Assembly: GCA_963713435.1 (NCBI GenBank)
Contig: CAVQLU010000007.1
Span: 601,960-665,959, forward strand
DNA: 64,000 nt
Direction: 5' to 3'
Origin: an uncultured Actinomycetes bacterium
Lineage (GTDB): Bacteria; Actinomycetota; Thermoleophilia; Gaiellales; JALYLC01
A model generated the notes under the pieces. That model searched no databases. It saw only the letters and a program-made list of their open reading frames with translations, and was not told the origin of the DNA. Each line of letters starts with the position of its first letter. Position 1 is the stretch's first letter. Of the stretch, positions 21,064 through 30,152 are shown one piece after another. The position numbers and the translations under genes are program-made.

Positions 21064-22962
21064 ATGCCGCCCGGCGACGGTTCTCCCCTTGCTCTCGATG
21101 CGGAGTCGATGCGCCGGCTGGGCTACCGCACGATCGACATGCTGGTCGACCGGATGACGGGTCCCGCGGGCCCGGTCGTGCGCTCCGCGACTCCGGCCGA
21201 GCTGCACGAGCGCCTGACGATGCCGCCGCCGGAGGGCCCTGCGTCGTTCGAGGAGATCCTCGGCGGCCTGGAGCGCGACGTCCTCCCGTTCGTCGCCCGC
21301 ATCAGCCATCCGGGCTACCTGGCGTTCATCCCGGGTGAGGGCACCTGGCCCGGCGCGCTCGGCGATCTGATCGCGAGCGCGCTCAACCTGGATACATGCT
21401 GGTGGCTGGGCGCGTCGGGTCCGAGCGCGCTCGAGCTCGTCGTGCTCGACTGGTTCCGGCAGTGGGTGGGCTTTCCCAGGGAGGCCGCCGGCGTGCTCGT
21501 CTCGGGTGGATCGGCCGCCAATCTGACGGCACTGGCGTGCGCGCGCGAAGCGCTCATCGGCGCGACGGACGACCGGGCGACCATCTACCTCTCCGACCAG
21601 ACGCACTCCTCGGTGGCCCGTGCGGTGCGCGCGCTCGGCTTCCGTCCCGATCAGGTGCGCGTGATCTCGAGCGACCCGCAGGCGCGCATCCGCCTCGACG
21701 GCCTGCGCGCTGCCATCGCCGCCGACCGGGGGGCCGGGCGGCGCCCGCTGGTCGTGGTCGCGAACGCAGGCAGCACCACGGCGGGCGCGATCGACCCGTT
21801 CCGCGAGCTCTCGGAGATCTGCCGCGCGGAGAAGATGTGGCTGCACGCGGACGGCGCCTACGGCGCCTTCGCCTGCCTCAGCGAGCGCGGCCGCGAGGCG
21901 CTCGCCGGCATCGAGCTGGCCGATTCCATCACCCTCGATCCGCACAAGTGGCTGTACCAGCCGGTCGAGCTCGGTGCACTCCTGGTGCGCGACGGGGCGG
22001 CGCTCCGTCGCGGCTTCGAGATCTCGTCCGACTACCTGGAGAACGCCGAGGCGGCCGAGCGGGAGGTGAACTTCTCGGATCTCGGGCTGCAGCTCACGCG
22101 CACGAGCCGTGCCCTCAAGCTGTGGATCTCACTGCGCTACTTCGGCGTCGGCGCCTTCCGGGATGCGATCGACCGCTGCATCGATCTCGCCCTGCATGCG
22201 CAGAGCCGCATCGAGGCCTCGCCCGAGCTCGAGCTGATGTCGCCCGCGTCGCTCGGCATCGTCACGTTTCGCCGGCATCCCCCAGGCGTCGACGACGAGG
22301 CTGTCCTGGAGCGCATCAACGCCGGCGTGGTGGAGCAGATCGAGCGCGGCGACGAGGTATTCGTCTCCATCGGGCGCGTGCGCGGGCGCTACGTCATCCG
22401 GCTCTGCGTGCTCAACCACTCCACCTCGCAGGCGGAGGTCGATCGCGCGCTCGAGCTGGCCGAGTCCCTGACTGCCGAGCCCGGAGCGCGACCGAGCCTC
22501 GCGGTGCGCGAGAGCTATCCGCCGCTCGAGGCCGGGTGGCTCCGCCGCACGCCGCTCGATGCCGAAGGCCTGCGCTCGCTGCCGCTCTTCGCAGGTCTCG
22601 ACGACGCGCAGTGCGAGCGCGTCCTGCTGGCCGCCTACGAGCATCACGCGCTGTCCGGGGAGGCCGTAGTGGAGCAGTGGCAGGTCAGCCGGGACCTCTT
22701 CGTCATCCTGCGCGGCGAGGTCGACGTCGTCTCGGACGCTCACAGCCTGCCGGCGCTCGGCCCCGGGGAGTTCTTCGGCGAGCTGGCCGCGATCAACTGG
22801 GGCGCGGGCTATGCGCGCACGCGCACCGCCACGGTCACGGCAACCGCGCCGACGCGTCTCCTCGTGCTCGACTGGGCGCTCGTCAACTGGCTGATGGCGG
22901 TCAGCCCGGGCTTCGGCGAGCAGCTCGAGAAGACCGCGCACATCCGTCTCAGCTCCCCCTGA
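21064..22962 (+). CDS. Group II PLP-dependent (aromatic-amino-acid-type) decarboxylase fused to a C-terminal cyclic-nucleotide-binding domain.
   Basis: This is an intact 632-aa ORF. HPGYLAFIP, SGGSAANL and the PLP lysine context SITLDPHKWLY are present. The C-terminal roughly 130 aa show a CAP_ED pattern (LPLFAGLDDAQ..., GEFFGELAAI...RTRTATVTA). Confidence 0.85.
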   Translation: MPPGDGSPLALDAESMRRLGYRTIDMLVDRMTGPAGPVVRSATPAELHERLTMPPPEGPASFEEILGGLERDVLPFVARISHPGYLAFIPGEGTWPGALGDLIASALNLDTCWWLGASGPSALELVVLDWFRQWVGFPREAAGVLVSGGSAANLTALACAREALIGATDDRATIYLSDQTHSSVARAVRALGFRPDQVRVISSDPQARIRLDGLRAAIAADRGAGRRPLVVVANAGSTTAGAIDPFRELSEICRAEKMWLHADGAYGAFACLSERGREALAGIELADSITLDPHKWLYQPVELGALLVRDGAALRRGFEISSDYLENAEAAEREVNFSDLGLQLTRTSRALKLWISLRYFGVGAFRDAIDRCIDLALHAQSRIEASPELELMSPASLGIVTFRRHPPGVDDEAVLERINAGVVEQIERGDEVFVSIGRVRGRYVIRLCVLNHSTSQAEVDRALELAESLTAEPGARPSLAVRESYPPLEAGWLRRTPLDAEGLRSLPLFAGLDDAQCERVLLAAYEHHALSGEAVVEQWQVSRDLFVILRGEVDVVSDAHSLPALGPGEFFGELAAINWGAGYARTRTATVTATAPTRLLVLDWALVNWLMAVSPGFGEQLEKTAHIRLSSP

Positions 22963-25900
22963 TCTCGTCCCTGAGCGCACGAGCCCGGGCGGCCGATTCG
23001 GTATTGCCCTTGAGATCGAAGCGGCCGGCCGCCTCGGTCGCCGCCAGCAGCGCCTCGTCGAGACGGCCGGCCATGCGCAGGACCTCGGCCAGGTCGATGT
23101 AGGCGTATCCCTGGGAGTCCGGATCCTGCGTCGCCTCGATGATGCGGATCGCGTCGTTCGCGAGCGCTTCCGCCTCGCCGAACGCGCCGCCGCGCGCCAG
23201 GAGCTTCGCCCGCACGCTCCGCCAGAGGTACTGCGTCGCGACGTCATCGGTCGCCGCGACCTGCTCGCTCTGCTCGGTCATCGCCAGCGCCTCCGGATCG
23301 CGGCCCTGGCGATAAAGGGCCTCCGCGAGGAAGCCTGCGGTGGTCGAGATGAAGTTGCGCTCGCCCATGGCCGCCAGCGCGTCGTAGTCGCGGCGCAGCT
23401 CGGCCTCGGCCGCCACCGCATCGCCCGCGATGAGCTCGACCGGGCCGGACGAGATGGCCGATGTGAGCGCTGCGTCGAGATGCCAGCCGAGCGCCTCGAA
23501 CGTCTCGCGACTCTGGCGGTACATCGCCCGCGCCTCGGGGAATCGCCCCCGCATCGCCTCGAGCACGGCCAGCGCGCGCAGCGTGTCGGCCTCGGACTTG
23601 CGATCGTCCTCCAGCTCGGCCAGCACGCCCTCGGCGATCGCGATCGCCTCGGGTACGGGCAGCGGCCCGAGCTGGGCGCAGATCGCCAGCACCGGGAGGG
23701 CCCGGAGCTCCATCGCGCGATCGCCGGCTCGGCGGGCGTGCTCGATCCGCTGCTGCGCCGCGACGGTCGCATCGAGATAGCGGCACCCCGCCAGGTGCAC
23801 GTTCGTGAGGATCCGCCAGGCGCGTGCCAGGCCGCGCTCGTCGCCGGCGGCCTCGAGCAGCGCGATCGCCGACTCGACTCCCGCGATCACCGCCGCCTCG
23901 GGCTCGTCGGCCTCCGTGATCTGGTGCAGGTAGATGAGGCCGAGCCGCGCGTTCGCCTCGTCGGCCGACGCCCCCAGCGCCGCTGCCTCCTGCCGCGCCG
24001 TCTCGAGCACGCGGTCGGCGTCGGCGAGCTCGCCGGCCTCCATCATCGCCTCGCCCGCCTCGATCAGGATGGCCGGGCGCGCCGGCGACCCGCCGGGCAG
24101 GGTCAGCGCGGCGCGCTGCAGGAGGTTGGCGGTCGCGGGCATGTCACCGCGCGCGAAGGCCCGCCGGCCGGCGGACGCGAGCCGCTCCGAAGCCCGCAAT
24201 CCGAGCCCGCGCCCGTGCTCGTCGAGCGGTCCGAGCTCGGCGAGCAGGCGATGGGCCTGCTCGAGGTGGTAGCCGAGGATCTCTTCGAACTCGAGGGCCC
24301 GACCGCGCTCGGCATTGACGCCGTCGGCCCACCCGACGAAGCGCTCGTGGAGCCCTGCGCGCGTCCGCTTGAGCTGGCCGTTGTAGGCGCTGTCGCGGAT
24401 CAGGAGATGGTGGAACCGGAAGATCTCCTCCCCGTCGGCACCGGGCGCCCAGGGGCGGATGAGCTGCTTGCGATCGAGGGCGCTCAGGTGGGTGGCGAGT
24501 GCCGGGCGCAGCGGCTCCGGAGAGAGGAAGCGAATGGCCGACTCCGGGAAGCTGACGCCGATGACCGACGCAGGCTCGAGCACCGAGCGCTCGTCGCCGG
24601 CGAGCCGGTCGAGCCGGGCGGCGACCAGCGCCTCGATCGTCGGCGGGATGCGGATCCGCGCCACGGCGGCAGCTCCTTGGCCCGCCACCCGCCATTCGCC
24701 ATCGACCACGGCCACCGTGCCGTCGTCGACGAGCATCGAGACGAGTTGCTCGACGAAGAGCGGGTTGCCCTCGGCCGCATCCGCCACGCGCGCGCGGATC
24801 TCGGCCATGCCCTGCGAGTGCCCGAGCAGGGCCTCGACGATGGCGCCGGCCTGATCCTCGGCCAGCGGAGCGAGGACGATGCGCTGCTCGCGCTCTCCCT
24901 GTCCCCACGCCTCGCGCTCCTCCAGGAGGTCGTGCCTGGTAGTGGCGATGACGAGCACCGGCACCTCCATGGCCGCGCCGGACACGTGCTCGATGAGGTC
25001 GAGGAGCGTCGGCTCGGCGAAGTGGATGTCGTCGATGACGAGGGCCAGCGGCCGGCGTTCGCTGAGGAATGCGATCAGCCGCTGGACGGCCCAGAACGTC
25101 TCCGCCAGCGGGAACGCAGCGGTGCTCAGGCCGGTCACCGACGCGAGCCGCTCTGCCACATCCTCGTCGCCGACGAGGCCGAGGATCTTGGCCTGGGCCC
25201 GGTCCGGGGTGTCGTCGTCGTCGATCTCGGCAGCCGCCCGCACGATCTCGAGGAGCGGCCAGAAGGTGATGCCGCGGCCGTACGGCAGGCAGCGCCCGAC
25301 GACGACGTAGGCCTCGTCGGCCAGGGACGCGAGGAACTCGCGGATCAGCCGCGACTTGCCGACGCCGGCGTCTCCGACGATCGTCACCGTTTGCAGGCTC
25401 CGCTGCCCCACCGCCGTGTCGAAGGCGCCGCGCAGGCGCTCGAGCTCCGCGCTGCGCCCCACCATCGGACTCGCGTCCGGGCCGACGTTGCGTGCCTGTG
25501 CCGCCTCGGGCCGCACGGAGAGCAGCCGGTAGGCGGGCACGCGCTCCTCCTTGCCCTTCAGCTCGAGCGGGGCGACCGGCTCGACATCGACGGCATGGCG
25601 CACGAGGCGATGGGTCAGCTCGCCGATCAGCGTCTCGCCGGGCGGCGCCGCCTGCTCGAGCCGCGCGGCCGTGTTGACGGGATCGCCGGTCACGAGCCGC
25701 TGCCCGCCCGCCGGATCGCCGGCCACGACCTCGCCCGTGAAGACGCCGGTGCGGCTGGCGAGCCGGATGCCCCACGCGAGGTCGAGCTCGTCGTTCAGCC
25801 GGGCGAGCGCAGCTTGCATGCCGGCTGCTGCGCGCACGGCGCGCAGGGCATCGTCCTCGTGGAGAACCGGCAGGCCGAAGACTGCCATGATGGCGTCGCC

Positions 25901-26167
25901 GATGTACTTCTCGATCGTGCCGCCATGGGCCTCGAGCTCTGCCCGCATGGCGTCGAAGTAGCGGGTCATCACCTCGCGCAGCGACTCGGAGTCGAGCCGC
26001 TCGCCGAGGTCGGTCGAGCCCCTGAGATCGGAGAAGACGATCGTGACGGTCTTGCGGATCTCGCGCGGTGTAGGCGCAGCTTCAGCCGGCGCGAGCGCGG
26101 TGCCGCAGTAGCCGCAGAGGCGGAAGCGGGGCGGATTCTCCTCCCCGCAGTTCGGGCAGATCTGCAC
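22949..26167 (-). CDS. Zn-ribbon / class III adenylate-guanylate cyclase / AAA(STAND-like) ATPase / TPR multidomain protein.
   Basis: This is an intact 1072-aa ORF. It has CPNCGEENPPRFRLCGYCG and a cyclase core (VTIVFSDLRGST, KYIGDAIMAVFG, GDPVNTAARLE). Walker A GDAGVGKSRL is followed by a long helical-repeat C-terminus with no HTH. Confidence 0.85.
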   Translation of the reverse strand: MQICPNCGEENPPRFRLCGYCGTALAPAEAAPTPREIRKTVTIVFSDLRGSTDLGERLDSESLREVMTRYFDAMRAELEAHGGTIEKYIGDAIMAVFGLPVLHEDDALRAVRAAAGMQAALARLNDELDLAWGIRLASRTGVFTGEVVAGDPAGGQRLVTGDPVNTAARLEQAAPPGETLIGELTHRLVRHAVDVEPVAPLELKGKEERVPAYRLLSVRPEAAQARNVGPDASPMVGRSAELERLRGAFDTAVGQRSLQTVTIVGDAGVGKSRLIREFLASLADEAYVVVGRCLPYGRGITFWPLLEIVRAAAEIDDDDTPDRAQAKILGLVGDEDVAERLASVTGLSTAAFPLAETFWAVQRLIAFLSERRPLALVIDDIHFAEPTLLDLIEHVSGAAMEVPVLVIATTRHDLLEEREAWGQGEREQRIVLAPLAEDQAGAIVEALLGHSQGMAEIRARVADAAEGNPLFVEQLVSMLVDDGTVAVVDGEWRVAGQGAAAVARIRIPPTIEALVAARLDRLAGDERSVLEPASVIGVSFPESAIRFLSPEPLRPALATHLSALDRKQLIRPWAPGADGEEIFRFHHLLIRDSAYNGQLKRTRAGLHERFVGWADGVNAERGRALEFEEILGYHLEQAHRLLAELGPLDEHGRGLGLRASERLASAGRRAFARGDMPATANLLQRAALTLPGGSPARPAILIEAGEAMMEAGELADADRVLETARQEAAALGASADEANARLGLIYLHQITEADEPEAAVIAGVESAIALLEAAGDERGLARAWRILTNVHLAGCRYLDATVAAQQRIEHARRAGDRAMELRALPVLAICAQLGPLPVPEAIAIAEGVLAELEDDRKSEADTLRALAVLEAMRGRFPEARAMYRQSRETFEALGWHLDAALTSAISSGPVELIAGDAVAAEAELRRDYDALAAMGERNFISTTAGFLAEALYRQGRDPEALAMTEQSEQVAATDDVATQYLWRSVRAKLLARGGAFGEAEALANDAIRIIEATQDPDSQGYAYIDLAEVLRMAGRLDEALLAATEAAGRFDLKGNTESAARARALRDEIRGS

Positions 26168-26179
26168 GCCGGCTCAGCC

Positions 26180-26229
26180 GCTCACGGCCGGCCGCATCCC
26201 GACGAGCGCGAATGCGGCCGGCCGTGAGC
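26180..26229 (-). terminator. Perfect 18-bp stem / 14-nt loop hairpin between the secreted-protein gene and the cyclase gene.
   Basis: GCTCACGGCCGGCCGCAT at 26180-26197 pairs with ATGCGGCCGGCCGTGAGC at 26212-26229. Confidence 0.6.
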
Positions 26230-26234
26230 GCGAG

Positions 26235-27572
26235 CTAGGCGCGGCCGCGCGGATCCCCCGCCGGAACGCTGAAGAGCAGGTAGACGTTGCCGTGCAGATC
26301 GAACCACTTGAGCAGGACGCACGGCCCACCGGACGGCCGATCGCAGTTCAAGAAGCACGACGGCAGGATACCCGCCTGCCCAGGCGCGATCGCGGCTCCG
26401 TACTTGTTCACGAACGACGAGTTCGGCGAGCTGAAGCACACCTCGTACTGGAACCACAGCTTGTTCACGGAGGCGGCCGCGATCTTGAGCGTCACGTTCG
26501 TGCGGCCGGTGGCGGGCGTGACGTCGAACGTCACCGTCGCGGACGTCGCGACGTAGTTGTGGTTCACGGCGTTGTTGCAGTCCACGTTGTCGAGCCCGAC
26601 CGAGACGGAGAGCACGCCCCCGTTGGAGTTGGCGTTGACGGTCGCGCTCGTGGTGCCGGACTGGCTGGTCGCCGAGCACGCACCCGAGCAGACGGTCGCG
26701 ACATCGCTGATGTTGAACGCGGCGGAGGTTGCCGACGTGATCCCCGCGCCGGCCGAGGCGACCAGCTTGTAGGCGTTCCCGGCGCGGTCGATCGTCGGCG
26801 CGAAGAGCGCCGTGCCGGCCGCTGAGGTCGGCGCCGAGGTCGTCCCGCCGAGCACGGCGGCGATGCTGCCGGTCCCGCTCGCGATCGCGAGGCCGATCGG
26901 CACGCCGCCGATGGCAGCCGGGTTGCCGTTGCCGTCGCGCAACTGCACGCCGACGGGCGCGCCCGCCGGGTTCGCAGGCTGGCTCGTGATGACCTTGCCG
27001 GCACCAGCCGCCGTCGGCTGTGCGCCGAAGGCCAGGCTGCAGGCGGCGACCTGCGCCGTCAGCGTGCTCGCAGGATCCTGCACGAGCGTCACGGCGTAGC
27101 TGTCGGTGAACTTGCTGGTGGAGTGGCCGACGACCTTCCAGAGCGCCGCTCCGGTGACACCGCACGGGATCGTCACCTGGAGGGTGACCGTGGCGGTCTT
27201 GCCTGCGTAGTCGAGGTTGAGGTTGTCGACCGTCGCCGCTCCCGCCGCGATGGCCACCGGCAGCGGATAGGTGCCGCGCGCGGCCGTGGCGCCCGTGAGC
27301 GTGAACCCGGCCGGCGGCGTGATGCGCACCGAGCCGAGCGGCTTGCCGTGCGACCAAGCATCGCCGACGAGTTGCGTGAGCGTGATCGTGGACGACGCGG
27401 CCGTGCCGGCCGCGAGCGCGGTGGGCGCGACCGCGGCTCGATAGCTCGGTCCGCTCGAGCTGGAACCTCCGGCCTGCGACAACGCGGGACTGGCAAGTGC
27501 CACAGCGGTCGCGAAGACGGCGAGAACGCCGATCAGCGCACCTCGTGGAGCGGGACGGCGAGACGGCGACAT
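26235..27572 (-). CDS. Secreted Ala/Thr/Gly/Ser-rich, Cys-containing protein of unknown function.
   Basis: GGAG lies 7 nt upstream of the ATG at 27572. The signal peptide is MSPSRRPAPRGALIGVLAVFATAVALASPALSQA. The 445 aa are beta-rich and low in complexity, and the C-terminal third carries 8 or more Cys. Confidence 0.65.
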   Translation of the reverse strand: MSPSRRPAPRGALIGVLAVFATAVALASPALSQAGGSSSSGPSYRAAVAPTALAAGTAASSTITLTQLVGDAWSHGKPLGSVRITPPAGFTLTGATAARGTYPLPVAIAAGAATVDNLNLDYAGKTATVTLQVTIPCGVTGAALWKVVGHSTSKFTDSYAVTLVQDPASTLTAQVAACSLAFGAQPTAAGAGKVITSQPANPAGAPVGVQLRDGNGNPAAIGGVPIGLAIASGTGSIAAVLGGTTSAPTSAAGTALFAPTIDRAGNAYKLVASAGAGITSATSAAFNISDVATVCSGACSATSQSGTTSATVNANSNGGVLSVSVGLDNVDCNNAVNHNYVATSATVTFDVTPATGRTNVTLKIAAASVNKLWFQYEVCFSSPNSSFVNKYGAAIAPGQAGILPSCFLNCDRPSGGPCVLLKWFDLHGNVYLLFSVPAGDPRGRA

Positions 27573-27732
27573 AGCGTGCTCCTGGATCAGGCTCGAGGCT
27601 CGCGGCAACGACCGGAACGCACGCCTCGAGTCGGGCGCTCCGGGGCGGCAAGCATACCCAGGTGTAGCGCATCGGTGATACGCGAACCGCACCCGGCGGC
27701 CCGGGACGGATTGGACGTACCCTTGCGCTGCG

Positions 27733-28527
27733 ATGCCCGACCGCAATTGCCACGAGGTGCAGGCAGTTCGCTACGGCACCCTGCAGACGACCCGGTCCGA
27801 GCTCTACTACCGCCACGAGAGCTACGGCGAGCCCGATGCCGAGCTCGAGATGGCGTACTACTTCTGGCTGCTTCGCCGCGGTCCCGAGACGATCGTCGTC
27901 GACTGCGGCTTCGACCCGGAGGTCGGTGCGCGGCGCGGTCGCACGTGCCTGTGGGCGCCGCTGGACGCGCTGCGGGCACTCGGGGTGGAGCCCGCCGACG
28001 TCTCCACCGTCGTGCTGACGCACCTCCACTACGACCACATCGGGAACCTCGCCGCGTTCCCCTCGGCAACGCTGATCGTGCCGCGCCTCGAGCTCGAGTT
28101 CTGGACGAGTCCGATGGCTGCGCGCTTCCACTACGCCTCGCACGTGGAAGCCGGCGAGATCGCGCACGTCGCCGCGGCTGCGGCCGACGGGCGCGTGCGC
28201 CTGATCGACGGCAGCGAGGAGATCGTCGACGGCGTCACCGCCGTGACCGTCGGCGGCCATTCGCCGGGCCAGCAGGTCATCGTCGTGCAGGCCTCCGCCG
28301 GGGAGGTGGTGCTCGCCTCGGATGCCGCGCATTTCTGCGACGAGCTCGAGCTCGAGCGGCCCTTCGCCGTCCTGCACGATCTCGCGCAGATGTACGCGGG
28401 GTACGACCTCCTCAAGCAGTACGCGCGCGCGGGCGCCACCGTCGTCCCGGGTCACGACCCGGACGTCGCGCGGCGTTTCAAGCCAGTCGCCACGGCAGGA
28501 GCCGGCTCGGCGGTCCACATCGGATGA
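27733..28527 (+). CDS. Metallo-beta-lactamase fold hydrolase, N-acyl-homoserine-lactonase-like.
   Basis: This is an intact 264-aa ORF with LTHLHYDHIGN (HxHxDH) and a downstream GGHSPG. Confidence 0.75.
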   Translation: MPDRNCHEVQAVRYGTLQTTRSELYYRHESYGEPDAELEMAYYFWLLRRGPETIVVDCGFDPEVGARRGRTCLWAPLDALRALGVEPADVSTVVLTHLHYDHIGNLAAFPSATLIVPRLELEFWTSPMAARFHYASHVEAGEIAHVAAAAADGRVRLIDGSEEIVDGVTAVTVGGHSPGQQVIVVQASAGEVVLASDAAHFCDELELERPFAVLHDLAQMYAGYDLLKQYARAGATVVPGHDPDVARRFKPVATAGAGSAVHIG

Positions 28528-28531
28528 TCGG

Positions 28532-29455
28532 ATGCAGATGACCGAGGCCCCGGGGGCCGGCAGCGGAATGATCGGCCTCGGCAACATGGGCGGCCGGATC
28601 GCTCGCCGGATCAAGGCTGCCGGACTGCCGGTGCAGGGCTACGATCGCAGCCCCTCGCAGAGCGCAGCAGCCGGCATCGCAATCGCCGGCTCGATCGCGG
28701 AGCTCGCGGCCGACAGCGACGTCGTGTTCCTCTCGCTGCCCGACTCCGAAGCCGTCGAGGCGGTCGTGTTCGGCGAGGGCGGGCTGCTCGAGAGCGCCCG
28801 GCCGGGGATCATCGTGATCGACCTCAGCACCGCGGCGCCGAGCTCGACCGTGAAGATCCACGCGGCCCTGGCCGAGCGCGGCGTGGACTTCGTCGACGCC
28901 GGCATCTCGGGCGGCGCCGCCGCGGCCGAGCAGGGCACACTCGCGCTCATGGCCGGGGGCTCGCAGCGGGCGCTCGCCGCGGCTGCGCCGCTGCTCGCGA
29001 CCTTCAGCGCCCACGTCTACCACATGGGCGAATCCGGCTCGGGGCACGTCGCCAAGCTGCTCAACAACTTCCTCAACGCGATCAGTCTGGCCGCGACGGC
29101 CGAGGTGATGGTCGCGGCGAAGCAGGCCGATCTCGACCTCGCGCAGTTCCTCGACGTCGTCAACCACTCGAGCGGCGTCAACTTCGCGACGCTCAACCGC
29201 TTTCCGAGGATCATCGAGGGCGACTACCTGGAAGGCGGCCTGACGAGCGCACTGATGGCCAAGGACGTGCGGCTCTACCTCGAGTACCTTCAGCAGGCCG
29301 GAGTCACGAGCTTCACCGGCCCCGCCTGTCTCGGAGCGTTCAATCTCGCCGGCGCACTCGGCTACGGCGATCAGATCAGCAACCGCGTGGTCGACGCGAT
29401 CGGCGATGTCGCCGGCGGCGTCCGCGTCCAGCAGAACCGGAGGACGGAATCGTGA
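28532..29455 (+). CDS. NAD(P)-dependent 3-hydroxyisobutyrate dehydrogenase family oxidoreductase.
   Basis: GMIGLGNMGGRIA is the Rossmann motif. DAGISGG and GSGHVAKLLNN are also present. The real start lies inside track ORF 28322..29455. Confidence 0.8.
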   Translation: MQMTEAPGAGSGMIGLGNMGGRIARRIKAAGLPVQGYDRSPSQSAAAGIAIAGSIAELAADSDVVFLSLPDSEAVEAVVFGEGGLLESARPGIIVIDLSTAAPSSTVKIHAALAERGVDFVDAGISGGAAAAEQGTLALMAGGSQRALAAAAPLLATFSAHVYHMGESGSGHVAKLLNNFLNAISLAATAEVMVAAKQADLDLAQFLDVVNHSSGVNFATLNRFPRIIEGDYLEGGLTSALMAKDVRLYLEYLQQAGVTSFTGPACLGAFNLAGALGYGDQISNRVVDAIGDVAGGVRVQQNRRTES

Positions 29456-29847
29456 GAATCGCCAAGGCCGGACGCATCGGCAAGCCGACCGAAGAGCGCG
29501 GACCGACGTTCACGGGCCAGGTCTGGGCCGACCCCGTGCTGGGCGGCGAGGACGGGATCATGGTCGCCAACGTGTTCTTCGAGCCCGGGTCGCGCACCCA
29601 CTGGCACACGCACGAGACGGCGCAGGTGCTGCACGTGCTCGCCGGCGAGGGCCGGTTGCAGTCGCGCGACGGGACGGGCGGGAAGCTCCAGGCCGGCGAT
29701 GTCGCGCACATCCCGGCGGGCGAGGAGCACTGGCACGGCGCCGCGCCCGGCAGCTATCTCCTGCACCTGGCCGTCTCGATCGGCTCGGTCGACTGGCTCG
29801 ATCCGGTGAGCGACGCCGACTACGCGAGCGCGACCGCCTCCGGCTAA
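29452..29847 (+). CDS. Cupin domain protein.
   Basis: This 131-aa ORF carries THWHTHETAQVLHVLAGEG...HIPAGEEHWHG (cupin motifs 1 and 2). Its start overlaps the upstream stop. Confidence 0.75.
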   Translation: MRIAKAGRIGKPTEERGPTFTGQVWADPVLGGEDGIMVANVFFEPGSRTHWHTHETAQVLHVLAGEGRLQSRDGTGGKLQAGDVAHIPAGEEHWHGAAPGSYLLHLAVSIGSVDWLDPVSDADYASATASG

Positions 29848-29887
29848 GTCGCCCGGCAGGGCGGCGAGGACCGCTGCCCGGTGCTTT

Positions 29888-30152
29888 CCGTGCACGCACG
29901 GGGTCTGGCCCGCAACGTGCGGGTCTGACCCCGAGCGTGCGGACCTGGCACCGACCCGTGCACGCGGCCGCAACCCCACTGGTCATGCGGGAAACCAGCG
30001 ACGCGGAACCGTGCGGAACTCCGTGCGGCGGTGGGCCTGAAGCGGCGCCAGGGCCGCAAAGCCCGATGGATAGGGCGATGCACGCACGGGGTCAGGTCCG
30101 CACGCACGGGGTCAGACCCGCAACGTGCGGGCCAGACCCCGAGCGTGCGGAC
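29888..30152. repeat. Second member of the GGGTC(W)GACCC phased-palindrome element family.
   Basis: Unit cores start at 29901, 29921 and (degenerate) 29941 on the left. They start at 30089, 30109 and 30129 on the right. The arms are related both as inverted and as roughly 46-bp direct repeats (29901-29946 vs 30109-30152). The element fills the convergent gap between stops at 29847 and 30153. Confidence 0.85.

Noticed and set aside
29888-30152. A MITE or IS-derived mobile element call for the palindromic elements.
   Set aside because: I see no transposase or integrase in the window and could identify no target-site duplication. I therefore call these elements repeats rather than mobile elements. 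Genome-wide copy analysis is needed.
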